This document shows, piece after piece, positions 26,405 through 36,968 of a stretch of 64,000 bases of DNA. This DNA comes from a virus. Taxonomy: Duplodnaviria > Caudoviricetes. The notes beneath the pieces are model-generated. The model made no database searches. It saw only the letters and a list, made by a program, of their open reading frames with translations, and was not told the origin of the DNA. The number at the start of each line of letters is the position of its first letter. Positions within the stretch are counted from its first letter, which is position 1. The translations under genes were made by a program, and so were the position numbers. The stretch spans positions 5,419 through 69,418 of the IMG/VR virus record IMGVR_UViG_3300043171_000012; one strand, written 5' to 3'.

Positions 26405-27880
26405 TTAATAAGCCGACTGCACATATTCAGAAGAGACAGCAAATAACTCTTTGATTCCTCCCACTGCTGTTGCATCGTCTGTTGATATTGTTACTGTTGT
26501 AAAGTATCCTTTTATACCACTCATTTGGTTACCAAATATAACTTCACCTTGAGTAGATGGTGTTGCATTAATTAGGTTTGCAACATACTTGTTTTCTTTT
26601 CTAACGAAACCAGCATAGTTTCTATTATATGGAGGATTATCATTTCCAAATACAGTACCATACTGTGCTGGATAAATAACCTCGTTAGTGGCAGGGTTCA
26701 ATATATATTCTCCACCTAAATAACTAGGTATAGAAGCTGTAAGATCTGTAACGTTGTTATATGTTCCGTTATAACTATCAGGTCCAGTTTGATCAGATTC
26801 TATAGAGTCTATTCTCCAACCATTACTACCTTCATAGTTTATGGTTTTAAAGTTTTTAGACATGCTGACATTAGGGTTAAATATAAATGTTATAGATGTA
26901 TTGTTATTTACTCCATAAAAATTCCCTCTGTTTACAGAATCACTATAGTGCTGATATAGTATACCGTTATTAAAACTGTAAAAATCATTTCTTAAACTAA
27001 CCATAAACTCTGGTTTGTAAGTAAAGAAACTAGTCCAACCTCTTACTGACTCATCAAAAGACAATGTGCTGAACTTGTCGTCAGCTGTATTTTGTAAAGA
27101 CACCACATATTGTTTGTTGTGTATGTCCCAACCACCTGGCATATTTCCAGAACTAGTATTAGTGTTTACATTAGATAATTCATCTCTAAAGAAGTCATAC
27201 ATACCATAATTAGATATTTCAGTTATACCATCTCTAGACAGTCTTAATACTGCGCCTCTATCTGGATCAACAAAATATTTTCTAAATCCATAAGTTGCAA
27301 ATGACTCTGGATTTTTACCTATACCAAAATTACCTAAGTAAGGTACTATCTGACCTAACACTAAATTTAATTGACTTACTTGAACACCACCACCTTCAGC
27401 TGTATATATAGCATCTTTATCTATTAAAGAATAGCTAACTTTATTTTCTTGAAATATAGTTAAGTTCGTGTTTTCAGCAAATAACCTTTGTATACTACCT
27501 TGTGAAGGATCTAAACTTTTACTAATATCTTCACCTACTGGAAAAACATTTGTCTGGTTTATACCTGTTCTAGAATTAAATATTCCAGAATATATCAATG
27601 AGTTAATTCTCTGTATACCATTTAGTTCTTCTTCTACTAAAAAAGCTCTAGGCCCTAAATCAACAATAGTATTATTATAACCACCTCTTATTCTAGATTC
27701 TTCTACAAGCCAGTTATCTGTGGGACTATAAGCTGTTCCAACTTGGCTATAACCACCTTGCATATTACCAACTTTAGGAATACCTCTAGAGCCATTCCAT
27801 AAAGGTAGCTTACTTGAACTACCAATAGTCTTTTTCAATAGAAAAGAGTTGAAATATTTTACTTCTATTATAGCCGCCAT
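26405..27880 (-). CDS. Tail stabilisation/nozzle protein (P22 gp10-like part)
   Basis: GISKNPES-like motif (GIGKNPESFA), FVDPDRGAVLRLSRDGITEIS, GWTSF. Confidence 0.7.
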   Translation of the reverse strand: MAAIIEVKYFNSFLLKKTIGSSSKLPLWNGSRGIPKVGNMQGGYSQVGTAYSPTDNWLVEESRIRGGYNNTIVDLGPRAFLVEEELNGIQRINSLIYSGIFNSRTGINQTNVFPVGEDISKSLDPSQGSIQRLFAENTNLTIFQENKVSYSLIDKDAIYTAEGGGVQVSQLNLVLGQIVPYLGNFGIGKNPESFATYGFRKYFVDPDRGAVLRLSRDGITEISNYGMYDFFRDELSNVNTNTSSGNMPGGWDIHNKQYVVSLQNTADDKFSTLSFDESVRGWTSFFTYKPEFMVSLRNDFYSFNNGILYQHYSDSVNRGNFYGVNNNTSITFIFNPNVSMSKNFKTINYEGSNGWRIDSIESDQTGPDSYNGTYNNVTDLTASIPSYLGGEYILNPATNEVIYPAQYGTVFGNDNPPYNRNYAGFVRKENKYVANLINATPSTQGEVIFGNQMSGIKGYFTTVTISTDDATAVGGIKELFAVSSEYVQSAY

Positions 27881-27905
27881 ATTAATATAGTTACTTATTT
27901 TTTTA

Positions 27906-28301
27906 TTAACTTCCGCTACCTTTATATATTAATAGAGGTTTTGGATTAAATTTTTTATATGAAAAGTCTAAATGTTGCCAGAATAATCCATCAATCCATT
28001 CACCTTTTCTTTGTTTTGCTTTGCTATGACCTCTATCATAAGATTTAGCAGCACGTGGTTTTTGATTACCTATTTGATCTTCATTACAATAGTAAACATC
28101 AAATGGACCTAACCTTCTACTTTGTTCTATTAATTTAGAAACTTGGTTTGAATCACTAGACCCAACAATACATATGTCTATATCTTTTGTTTCTTGTTTA
28201 TAAATTGCGCCACCTACTAAATATACATCATAATTAGCCCATTTTAATTCTAACAATTTTTTTATATAGATATCTATTTCTTTTTTACTATACAGTTTCA
28301 T
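27906..28301 (-). CDS. Minimal nucleotidyltransferase (Pol-beta superfamily)
   Basis: VYLVGG...KDIDICIV (hG[GS]-x-DxD) and a later FDVY strand. Confidence 0.62.
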   Translation of the reverse strand: MKLYSKKEIDIYIKKLLELKWANYDVYLVGGAIYKQETKDIDICIVGSSDSNQVSKLIEQSRRLGPFDVYYCNEDQIGNQKPRAAKSYDRGHSKAKQRKGEWIDGLFWQHLDFSYKKFNPKPLLIYKGSGS

Positions 28302-31300
28302 TACACAATAGCAAACTGATAGTTTGATCCTATGTTTACGGTGGTAGTAGTTGAGCCAGCATAAGATCCGTTTGGTTTAGATGATTCCCATAAGTCTAAA
28401 GCGGCAGATTGACTTGTTGAACTAAAAAACCACTCACCGCTAAACCCAGAGCAACTTCCAGTGCAAGCGTTAGTTCTATCTAGTAATATTGGGTTAGAGT
28501 TATTTAAAGAGTCCCAATCATAATCAAAAATATACCATCCGTTGTTTGCTGTAGTGCTATCATTTATACTTATTATTGTGCATTCAAAATCATCACCTTG
28601 ACTTTCACCTGGTAATACTAATGTTAAAACATGATCCTTAACGTATTGAGGCGTGTTACCCATAGTTATATTAACCACTTGATCTGTTGAACCACCTGGA
28701 TCACTAGCTCTAGCTGTTATAGTGTAATTTTGAGTTATAAACCCACCACCCATATTTCTACTAAGCGTAGCGGTAGATTGTAGATTTGTAGCTGTGCTAG
28801 CTATTGAAAATCTATTCACATAACTATTACCGTTGGCACCTACAGCTGAAATAATGCTCCATGTGATATCTCTACCTGAGTTTAAATTACCGTTAGCCAC
28901 ACAAGGACTTGCTCCGTTTTTAGCTACAATGTTTGTTATCTGACTAGCTGATACGCTTAAATTTACGTCTATAGCATTTCCATTAGGACATAATATAGGA
29001 TTTATATTTTCTAAGTCTATGGTTCTTGAAAATGCTGTAGAATTATTAAAGCCGTTTACAGAAACAGTAAAGTTAAATATAAAAGTTCTTTGACCTACAT
29101 TGCTACCATACCAAACATTGTTTAAGAAATCTTGATTTATAGTTACAGTAAAACCAGTTGCTTGATTACCAGTCCAGTTTGAAAAATAACTTGTTACATT
29201 AGCTGGTGTTGATTCGTTATTCATAACGCTCGTCATAGCAAACACAACAGTGTTAGATCCAGATGGGGTAGTATCCGCAGTAGGTATAACTTGATTTGCC
29301 GCGTTTAAAGCTTTAACACCATTACTAGCATTAAAAACACTAGCATTAAGAGCGATTCCTTCATTAAAACCTACGGGTGTAAATCCAGACAAAGCAGTTG
29401 CCGCGCCAGTGTCTGTAGCTGTCACGTTGTTTATATCTGTTATTAATCCAGCTGACGTTGTTTCGTAATATATATCAATTAAAGAATCTACAGGATCCGT
29501 TTCCATTACAGATAACTGTTGTATTCCAGGGTTTATACCACCACGTCTACCAGTTATTTTAACTTGTTTTCCAACAGGTATTTGAGCATCATCATCAAAC
29601 AATAACCAATTCTTTTTATTAGTACCAGCAGCGTTAGAGGAAGCTCCAGAATCTGTACAATTTAATTTCCATCCAGAAATATCTATTCCTGTTTGACCTC
29701 CAACCCAATTTGCTTCAAAAGGATTAGCGCTACCAGGATATGCTATTTGTAGACCTAATACACCTGTTACAAATGCTGGCTGGTTTGATGATACGAAATA
29801 AGAGGTTGTATCATTAACAACACCATCATTGCAGTTAGTGCTTAAAGGAAAAAATGGTGTACCAAATATAGCACTGCCACTTTCGTAAGACTTATTACCA
29901 GAGGGGGTTACAAAGTCTGGTGCTTCACCTAATTTACTTTCTGTACTTAATCTAGCAATTAATGGATTAGAATCATATAAATAAAACTGAGGAAATTGAT
30001 CTGGAACAGGTGGATCACTAGGATCATAATCAAACAAGTCTCTAAGAGTTGATATTGTGGAAACTGTTAAACCTTTTTGTGTTGCTTGAAATTGTTTGTT
30101 ACCCTCACCTATAGTGTATTGAGCATTAGCAGCGTTATTAGTCGGTACTTTGTTTGTATTTATCACTCTTGGAAATAAACGAACTGAACTTCTAAATTGT
30201 TTTTGTTGTGGCCCAACTTCTGTTAAATCTCTAGGTACTTTGTTTATATTATCATTTAATAAAACAGCGTGAGATAAAGTATTTTGATTTTCATTAGTGC
30301 TATCTTCAGATGTTTTAGGTTGTCCAGCTATAACACCAGGAAGATATACATTATAGTAATCTTGTTCTGTTTGTTTTACAACTATCTTGTAAGAATACCA
30401 ACCTAAAGGATTATACTCAGAACTTGTTTTGTCTCCGTTGTATATACCTGGCCAATTAGTTGATGGATTAGGATCCGCTGGTCCTATAGAAGAATTTAAT
30501 ATTACCTTTAAAGAATCGCCTGGAAAAGTTTCGGTTTGAAGTGAAGCATCTCTATACGGTAAATATAAAGTCGATCCACCATAATTAGTTCCACCTGATT
30601 GTACATTATCATCAGCATTAGATAATATAACAGAAGAAGATCTTCCATATCTATCTGATAAAACAAAACCAACTTGATAATTTCTATTTTGCTTTAAAGT
30701 ACTGTTAGGGTATTCTACAATGCTAGTGGTATTAGTTACTTCGTTGGTACCTGTGTTTACAGCAAAAGCACTTTTAAACGTTGCTGCTAAATTATAATCT
30801 AATGACTCTGGAGAAGTGTGTTTGTTTTGATAATTACCATAAACAATTCTATTGCTTGTAACTTCTTGAGCTAAAGCCTTTACAGGAACCTTATCGTAAA
30901 CTCTAGTTAATTCTGATGGCGGAAGAGTTTTCCATGGTTTAGTAGAATTGTAAGAATAATTATAAAAAGTAGCATTTCCTGTTAGTTGATCTGATGTTAT
31001 AGTATCTACTAGTTGTATAGACAAGTTTCCAGATTCTTTATATATAATATCTATTTCATCAATATCTAAAGAACTACCAATAGTACCAGCAGTTAAAGAA
31101 GCTCCGACTTCATTTAATGGCATAGGAATTATTAATTGTATCTTATCTACTTTATTTTCCATAAACTGCACAACTGTACTCTGCAAAGCATCGTTCATAT
31201 CGTTTACGTTATCCGAAGCATCATATAAAAAATAACCATCTTGTTTAGGTATAAAAGCTACTTGAGTAAAAGGAGCTAATAAAGAGTATTCCCCGTCTTT

Positions 31301-32059
31301 AAATTTAAACCTATAAGAAAATCTAATAAACTTATCATCTAACAACTCTGTATCACCAACAAAATTAGGATCATAATAAGGATTGTTACTAGTGCCATCG
31401 GGTAGTTTTTCATCACTAACATTTTGCATGGTAGTTTGATAACTATTTACAGCTTGGTTTGTTGATGGTGAAGTAAAACTACTTGCTATAGTAGATGTTA
31501 TCTTTTGATAAAGTTGTATTGGTTGATATGGGTTAATTTTAGCTACACTTATTGTATCTTCACTATTGTAAGAATTGCCGTATGCCGCTGCTATTACTGT
31601 ATTAATTTTTCTAGGTTGATTTCTATTATCAGTAAAAAATAAAAAATCTTCTAAGACATTTATACCGTATATTTTATTTTGTGTAGAGAAATTTAAAAAA
31701 GCGCCTTCTACAAGTTTAACAGACGCACCGCTTAAAACATCATATCTAAATATATAATTTTTAGCTGTAGTACTATAAGTACTACCCGTGTGGTTAGTTA
31801 AAAAAACATATATAAAATTATTAATCTCATCTACATAAGTACCTATTGTTTTTAAAGTACCTGATGGTAGAGAAGCTAATAAAGAAAAATCTACTTTAAG
31901 CTGATTACCTAAAACGTTTTCTAAAGCACCTACATCTGCTCCTTCAGATCTACTAATCTGAGCGTTTATTGCGTTTCTGTATTCTCCTGACGGAACAAGT
32001 CTTGCGTCAAGATCTTTGTTCATTTTAGAAGCTATAAAAGCATTTTTAACTTCAGCCAT
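28301..32059 (-). CDS. Tail protein (nozzle/stabilisation family) with a C-terminal Ig-like extension
   Basis: KMNKDLDARL...GEYRNAIN, LFFTDNRNQPRKIN, RFSYRFK, NRIVYGNY motifs. Confidence 0.7.
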   Translation of the reverse strand: MAEVKNAFIASKMNKDLDARLVPSGEYRNAINAQISRSEGADVGALENVLGNQLKVDFSLLASLPSGTLKTIGTYVDEINNFIYVFLTNHTGSTYSTTAKNYIFRYDVLSGASVKLVEGAFLNFSTQNKIYGINVLEDFLFFTDNRNQPRKINTVIAAAYGNSYNSEDTISVAKINPYQPIQLYQKITSTIASSFTSPSTNQAVNSYQTTMQNVSDEKLPDGTSNNPYYDPNFVGDTELLDDKFIRFSYRFKFKDGEYSLLAPFTQVAFIPKQDGYFLYDASDNVNDMNDALQSTVVQFMENKVDKIQLIIPMPLNEVGASLTAGTIGSSLDIDEIDIIYKESGNLSIQLVDTITSDQLTGNATFYNYSYNSTKPWKTLPPSELTRVYDKVPVKALAQEVTSNRIVYGNYQNKHTSPESLDYNLAATFKSAFAVNTGTNEVTNTTSIVEYPNSTLKQNRNYQVGFVLSDRYGRSSSVILSNADDNVQSGGTNYGGSTLYLPYRDASLQTETFPGDSLKVILNSSIGPADPNPSTNWPGIYNGDKTSSEYNPLGWYSYKIVVKQTEQDYYNVYLPGVIAGQPKTSEDSTNENQNTLSHAVLLNDNINKVPRDLTEVGPQQKQFRSSVRLFPRVINTNKVPTNNAANAQYTIGEGNKQFQATQKGLTVSTISTLRDLFDYDPSDPPVPDQFPQFYLYDSNPLIARLSTESKLGEAPDFVTPSGNKSYESGSAIFGTPFFPLSTNCNDGVVNDTTSYFVSSNQPAFVTGVLGLQIAYPGSANPFEANWVGGQTGIDISGWKLNCTDSGASSNAAGTNKKNWLLFDDDAQIPVGKQVKITGRRGGINPGIQQLSVMETDPVDSLIDIYYETTSAGLITDINNVTATDTGAATALSGFTPVGFNEGIALNASVFNASNGVKALNAANQVIPTADTTPSGSNTVVFAMTSVMNNESTPANVTSYFSNWTGNQATGFTVTINQDFLNNVWYGSNVGQRTFIFNFTVSVNGFNNSTAFSRTIDLENINPILCPNGNAIDVNLSVSASQITNIVAKNGASPCVANGNLNSGRDITWSIISAVGANGNSYVNRFSIASTATNLQSTATLSRNMGGGFITQNYTITARASDPGGSTDQVVNITMGNTPQYVKDHVLTLVLPGESQGDDFECTIISINDSTTANNGWYIFDYDWDSLNNSNPILLDRTNACTGSCSGFSGEWFFSSTSQSAALDLWESSKPNGSYAGSTTTTVNIGSNYQFAIV

Positions 32060-32064
32060 TTAAT

Positions 32065-33324
32065 TTAGTGTTTTAACCATTTAGACTTACCTCTCATAAC
32101 TTGAACTATCTCGTCAAGTTTAATATTAGATAATCTTATTTTTGCATTTCTAAGCTTTGCGCTTTTTTCTCTTTTTAATCTTTGTACTATATATTCTGGT
32201 TGACCAATTCTGCTAGCTATCACAGCATGTGTTATATATGAATACATAGCATCTTCAGCTAGCTTAGGTACTCTAGTGTCCATATCAGTAGCTAAACCAT
32301 CTGATATATATTCAAATATAATTAACTTATCTTTTAAGTTACTTGAAAAAGAAACCTTACCTTCTCTTTCGTTCATGTTAAACCAACCATTTACTTGACT
32401 AGTTTGTGGTTCTAAACCAAACATTTGTCCCCAGCTACCGCCAAAGAAATCACCACCATAATCCCAATTATAAGCCCACATTTCATTAGTAAAATTGTTT
32501 GAATTTAAATCACCATTGATTAAACCAATATTACTATTATGCCACCTTTCTTGTGTTTGAGAAGTTCCTTCAACATCATTACCATAATTATCTTGTGTAG
32601 GTATACCCGATGAGTCTTGTATTTGAGTATTGTAAGGACTTGTCGTTAAGTTATTTGTTGGATATATAGGTCTTAAAACACCTAGTTGATCAACCCATGA
32701 AAGCTTAACGTAATTAACGTAATCCTGTGGTAAAACTAAAGTTAAACTATTTGGTATTGATAATTCAGAAGATTTAATACTTTTTAAAGTATCATAGCTA
32801 AATTCTTGTATAGCTCTTTTTGCGTGGAAAATAATATCAGTTCTTTTTACGTCTAATATAAGTTTTCCTTCACCAACAAAAGCTACCATAAAATTATTTA
32901 CAATATCCTGTAACTTTACATATTGGTAACCCCCATAGTTATCTTCAACTGTTTGACCAAAAGCTTTTTGATCAACTGTATTGCCATATTTACCACCATC
33001 TAGTATTTTTAATTGTACTACTATATAGTCAGAACTTGCCGTAGTAAATGTTATGTCATTACCACTAACAGTATAGTTAGTTGTTTTTTCTGTCCAACTA
33101 CCTGGTATTGCACTTGCACTAGTGTATATCTTAAAATTATTTAACGCATAGTTTTCTGTACCAGGCGTAGAATCATAAAAAATTAAATCAGTATTAAATG
33201 TAGTTTTTAATACTTGACCAGCAGTGTTAGTACCTTTAAAAGGTTGAGTACCTTGAAAGTATTGTTGACCAGTTTCCTGTATAAGTCCGTCTTGCGGTTG
33301 AGGTTTGATTACGCTACCTGCCAT
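32065..33324 (-). CDS. Tail ring/adaptor protein (putative)
   Basis: LPQDYVNYVKLS, EYISDG motifs; position between capsid and nozzle genes. Confidence 0.6.
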   Translation of the reverse strand: MAGSVIKPQPQDGLIQETGQQYFQGTQPFKGTNTAGQVLKTTFNTDLIFYDSTPGTENYALNNFKIYTSASAIPGSWTEKTTNYTVSGNDITFTTASSDYIVVQLKILDGGKYGNTVDQKAFGQTVEDNYGGYQYVKLQDIVNNFMVAFVGEGKLILDVKRTDIIFHAKRAIQEFSYDTLKSIKSSELSIPNSLTLVLPQDYVNYVKLSWVDQLGVLRPIYPTNNLTTSPYNTQIQDSSGIPTQDNYGNDVEGTSQTQERWHNSNIGLINGDLNSNNFTNEMWAYNWDYGGDFFGGSWGQMFGLEPQTSQVNGWFNMNEREGKVSFSSNLKDKLIIFEYISDGLATDMDTRVPKLAEDAMYSYITHAVIASRIGQPEYIVQRLKREKSAKLRNAKIRLSNIKLDEIVQVMRGKSKWLKH

Positions 33325-33330
33325 GATTTA

Positions 33331-34548
33331 TTATGATTTAGAGTTTGTTTCTTCTGCTTGAATTGCTTGAGACGCTATTTGTACTACTTGAGGATCTCTA
33401 ATAACAACACCTGCATAAGCTAATATTCTTAATATAACTTCTGTTTGTTCTATGTTAGATAATTCAAATTGAGTTGACAAAGATTTATTATAAATGTATT
33501 GACCCAAAGTTCCTGTAGTAAAACCCCACACAATGTTATTAGGTTTTCTTATATAACTTACTGTTACATCACTAGCTGTGGTTATAGATTCAGGATAAAC
33601 ATATATATGTTGTTGACCTGTATCATTACCACTAGTTCCTATAGTGGACTGCTCATATGTATAAATAGGGAAAGTTTCGGAAGGTTTTGTTATTGGAGAT
33701 AGGTTTAAATAAAGAAGTTCGTTTCTATCAACTCTTTGTATTTCTTTATCTTTAAATATAACAGTACCGATCCTATGTGTATTTGACGGGGGAAGAAAGT
33801 ATAATGATGTATTAACAGAAGTCACTGTAGCTGTAGCTAATGTTCCTGGACCAGTAACACCGATAACATCCCCCACACTGTAACCACTACCACCATTATT
33901 TGCTGTTATGTTTTGTATAGCACCAATACTAGGTGAGCTTAATTTTATAGTACATTGAGTACCTGTTTGCCCAGTTTGTACTATAGTTAATATTTCGTTA
34001 CCATTAGCATAACCTGTACCGGGTTGGTTTATTGTTATACCAGTAATATTACCACTAACACCAACACTATTTATATTTACAGTTAAACCAGTTCCACCAC
34101 TACCTGTTGTTGTAGCTAAATTTACACCATTTGTATAGTTTTGACCCGCGTTTATAACTGAAAATCCTGGAACTACAGTTTCAATATCAACAGTTAAACC
34201 ACTACCAGCTCCCACATCTGTGGTTGCTCTATTTGTAGCTCCTGAATAGCCAGATCCAGCATTAGTTATACTTAGTGATCTCACTAATCCTACAGGAACA
34301 CTTGTTGTTGTGCCAAATTGTTTAAATATAGATATTGCTGTATTATAATTTCTTTGTCTATTAACGTATTCTGTATCTGTTTGTGGTATTCTTAATAGTT
34401 GATTATAGTCCTCAAAATAGTTTTCGAATATTTCTAACTGTACTTGTGTAGCTAATTTATTAAACTCATCAGGCGTTATGTATCCTCTTTGTTCTTTATT
34501 TAAAATAGACAAGACAGTCGTGTATACTGTATTTACGTTAATTGCCAT
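33331..34548 (-). CDS. Head-tail adaptor/ring protein with inserted beta-repeat domains
   Basis: NKEQRGYITPDEFN...YIRKP...QFEL core interrupted by three I-x-N-x-G-x-[GN]-Y repeats. Confidence 0.6.
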   Translation of the reverse strand: MAINVNTVYTTVLSILNKEQRGYITPDEFNKLATQVQLEIFENYFEDYNQLLRIPQTDTEYVNRQRNYNTAISIFKQFGTTTSVPVGLVRSLSITNAGSGYSGATNRATTDVGAGSGLTVDIETVVPGFSVINAGQNYTNGVNLATTTGSGGTGLTVNINSVGVSGNITGITINQPGTGYANGNEILTIVQTGQTGTQCTIKLSSPSIGAIQNITANNGGSGYSVGDVIGVTGPGTLATATVTSVNTSLYFLPPSNTHRIGTVIFKDKEIQRVDRNELLYLNLSPITKPSETFPIYTYEQSTIGTSGNDTGQQHIYVYPESITTASDVTVSYIRKPNNIVWGFTTGTLGQYIYNKSLSTQFELSNIEQTEVILRILAYAGVVIRDPQVVQIASQAIQAEETNSKS

Positions 34549-34569
34549 AAGTTATTATTGTATTAATAT

Positions 34570-34595
34570 TAGGTGACCACACAAGTGATCACCTA
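34570..34595 (-). other. Hairpin at the presumed transcript 5' end
   Basis: TAGGTGACCAC-ACAA-GTGATCACCTA directly downstream of the promoter-like motif. Confidence 0.55.
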
Positions 34596-34599
34596 TTAT

Positions 34600-34628
34600 T
34601 ATAATCACTTGTTAATTTATTTTTTTAT
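34600..34628 (-). promoter_or_regulatory. Putative late promoter (ATAAA-N15-GTGATTATA)
   Basis: Matches the GTAAA-N15-GTRAnWATA family with one mismatch; upstream of the tail genes. Confidence 0.5.
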
Positions 34629-35382
34629 CTATAGATTTATATATCTCTACACCTTCATCGGTCTTCAAATATGCAGCAAATGCTGAATATGGATTTTCGT
34701 CAAAAGGAACAGTCATTAATTTTTTACCGTTAGAACCCCATGTAAAAGTTCTTTGATCTGCAGATAATTTAATTATGTTTATTTCAGTTGCTTTTATAGC
34801 AAAATTTCTAAGTTGAACATTTTCATCATTAGCTAAAGCTAAGAAGGTACTTGGGTTTTGTTTAGCAAATAAGAGTAAATCTCTTTTAATTTCTTTAGAG
34901 TTCATTTTACCTACCTGACTACCAAGCTCTACTCTTAATATAGCCTCTTGATGCTCTATGTCCATTTGTTTAGCTGAGTTTAAAGCATCTATTTCTAATT
35001 CAATACTAGCTAACTCATCTATTGCAACTTCAACTTTGTCGTGTTCTCTATATATACCATTTAATAAAGGGTGGTATAGTGATAACATTTTTTGTAAGTT
35101 CTGTTGATTTTTTTTAACAGTTAAAACACCGTCTTTAAAAGTTATGTGACCCATTGTAGCTTCACCTAATTGTTCATCTACAAAAACAGAGGATTGATTT
35201 GTTGCATAACGCAACTCTCTTTGCATTCCTTTTTGTTCGTCGTAAAATAATAAAGCGTGTTTTTTTGTATGCTTACTAGGTATAGTTAATGTTAACGGAC
35301 TTTTGTTACCCGTTAAATAATAATGTCTATCCTTTATTTCCCAGCCTTTTTCAGAGCTAAGGATTTCTTTAGTTTTTTTCAT
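34612..35382 (-). CDS. Hypothetical protein downstream of the capsid gene
   Basis: 256-aa ORF in the structural block. Confidence 0.6.
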   Translation of the reverse strand: MKKTKEILSSEKGWEIKDRHYYLTGNKSPLTLTIPSKHTKKHALLFYDEQKGMQRELRYATNQSSVFVDEQLGEATMGHITFKDGVLTVKKNQQNLQKMLSLYHPLLNGIYREHDKVEVAIDELASIELEIDALNSAKQMDIEHQEAILRVELGSQVGKMNSKEIKRDLLLFAKQNPSTFLALANDENVQLRNFAIKATEINIIKLSADQRTFTWGSNGKKLMTVPFDENPYSAFAAYLKTDEGVEIYKSIDKKIN

Positions 35383-35413
35383 AATATAATATAATTAAAT
35401 AATTTTAATAAGG

Positions 35414-35454
35414 GTAATAATTACCCCCGTCAGTACAACGAGGGTAAGAATTAC
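35414..35454 (-). terminator. Long hairpin after the major capsid gene (terminator, stabiliser or processing site)
   Basis: GTAATAATTACCCCCGT-CAGTACA-ACGAGGGTAAGAATTAC; only a weak U-tract. Confidence 0.55.
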
Positions 35455-35468
35455 ATTTGTTTAATCAG

Positions 35469-36953
35469 TTAGATCCCTTTGAATAATACAAAGTTGTTTC
35501 TAGCTTGAGTTACTAAACATCTTTCAGATAAGAAGTTTACTTCCATTGCATCTAACGAAGATGTGAACGCACCACCAACTGAACCAGTTAACCATGATTT
35601 CATTCTTCTGTCATCAGCTTGAGAAGCTCTATATCTTACGTGTAAGAAAGGACGTCTAATGTTTGTACCTAAGATTTGGTCATAAACAGTTGAAGTACCT
35701 GCAGGAACTAATACACCTTCGATAGAAGAAGGACCAGTAAGTGCACCACGCGTTGAAGCGTCGTTTAAGTATTTCCAATCTGTTTTATAGAAATCATAAG
35801 AACCTCTTCTAAATCCAGAGAATCCTAAGTTTAATGCCATTTCTTCAGAGTTTTCGAATAAACCGAAAGCTACACCACCTGCAAAACCTCCAGAGATACC
35901 AGCTAACATATCATCAAAATCAAGAGCAGTAGCTCTGTTTAAGAATAACATGTTTTCTTCAATAGCTCCTTGAGTGTCAAGGTTTTTAAGAATGTCATCA
36001 AATGAATCTAAACCAGCAGCAGCAGTGAAACCTACTTCAACGTTACCACCATTTTGAATAGCAGCAAATAAACCTTCAGTTCCAGGATTAGCAGCTGGTA
36101 CACCAGCAGCGCCTGCGTTAAGTTCACCTTCTACCATTGCCATTTCTAAGTAATCTTCAAATCTTAGTCTTGTTTCAGACTCAGCTTTTAGATACCATAA
36201 ATAACCTCCAGTACCATCTTCAGTAGAAACTTCTACCCAACCGATCTGAGCTGTGTCAGAACCATTGATTGTGTATTGGCTTCTTAAGATTATTGGAGAG
36301 TTAGAAAAAGTAGTAAATGCAGGATCAACAGTAACCATAGGGTTAGCAGCTGAAGCTCCAACGTTAGCGCCTTGAGGTGCGTTTAATGTACTACTTCCTT
36401 TTTGAAAGTCAGAACCATATACAAAGATCTTAACTGGATTACCGTTAACGATACCGCTAGCAGCAAGGTTAGCACCTTGGTAAGGTTCAACTGTTAATCT
36501 TCCTGGATTACCACCACCACCGGCAGCACGTGTATCAGAAGCTGTAACTAAACATTTTACTTCGTTTCCAAAGCCATCCATTACAACAATAGTTGATAGT
36601 GGAGAAATAACGTTTAGTACTGGCACAGCAGCATTAGCAGCTGTAACAGGGATTGTGATAGTTGCAGCAGCACCGGCAGCACCAGCAACTGTACAGTTAT
36701 CGTATGAAATGTGTAGTCTGTTTTGTTCAGACCAAATAACTTGATCAGATGTCATCGGCATTTCTGCTCCAACCATACGTAAAAATCCTGATAACGTTCT
36801 GTTACCATATCTTTCTACCTCTTGCTCATAAAGCTCAGGTAAGTATTGTTGTGCGAAATCGTTCGTGCCATTGTCAAATTGTAGATAATTACTCGCAAGA
36901 GTTTGTTGAGCTTGCGATGGTACTATCGAACCAAATTGAGGAGTTAAAGCCAT
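35469..36953 (-). CDS. Major capsid protein
   Basis: 494 aa after portal and scaffold; QQYLPELYEQEVERYG, GYLWYLKAESETRLRF, GFSGFRRGSYDFYK; strongly biased codons; downstream hairpin. Confidence 0.82.
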   Translation of the reverse strand: MALTPQFGSIVPSQAQQTLASNYLQFDNGTNDFAQQYLPELYEQEVERYGNRTLSGFLRMVGAEMPMTSDQVIWSEQNRLHISYDNCTVAGAAGAAATITIPVTAANAAVPVLNVISPLSTIVVMDGFGNEVKCLVTASDTRAAGGGGNPGRLTVEPYQGANLAASGIVNGNPVKIFVYGSDFQKGSSTLNAPQGANVGASAANPMVTVDPAFTTFSNSPIILRSQYTINGSDTAQIGWVEVSTEDGTGGYLWYLKAESETRLRFEDYLEMAMVEGELNAGAAGVPAANPGTEGLFAAIQNGGNVEVGFTAAAGLDSFDDILKNLDTQGAIEENMLFLNRATALDFDDMLAGISGGFAGGVAFGLFENSEEMALNLGFSGFRRGSYDFYKTDWKYLNDASTRGALTGPSSIEGVLVPAGTSTVYDQILGTNIRRPFLHVRYRASQADDRRMKSWLTGSVGGAFTSSLDAMEVNFLSERCLVTQARNNFVLFKGI

Positions 36954-36968
36954 AATTTGTAATTTTAA

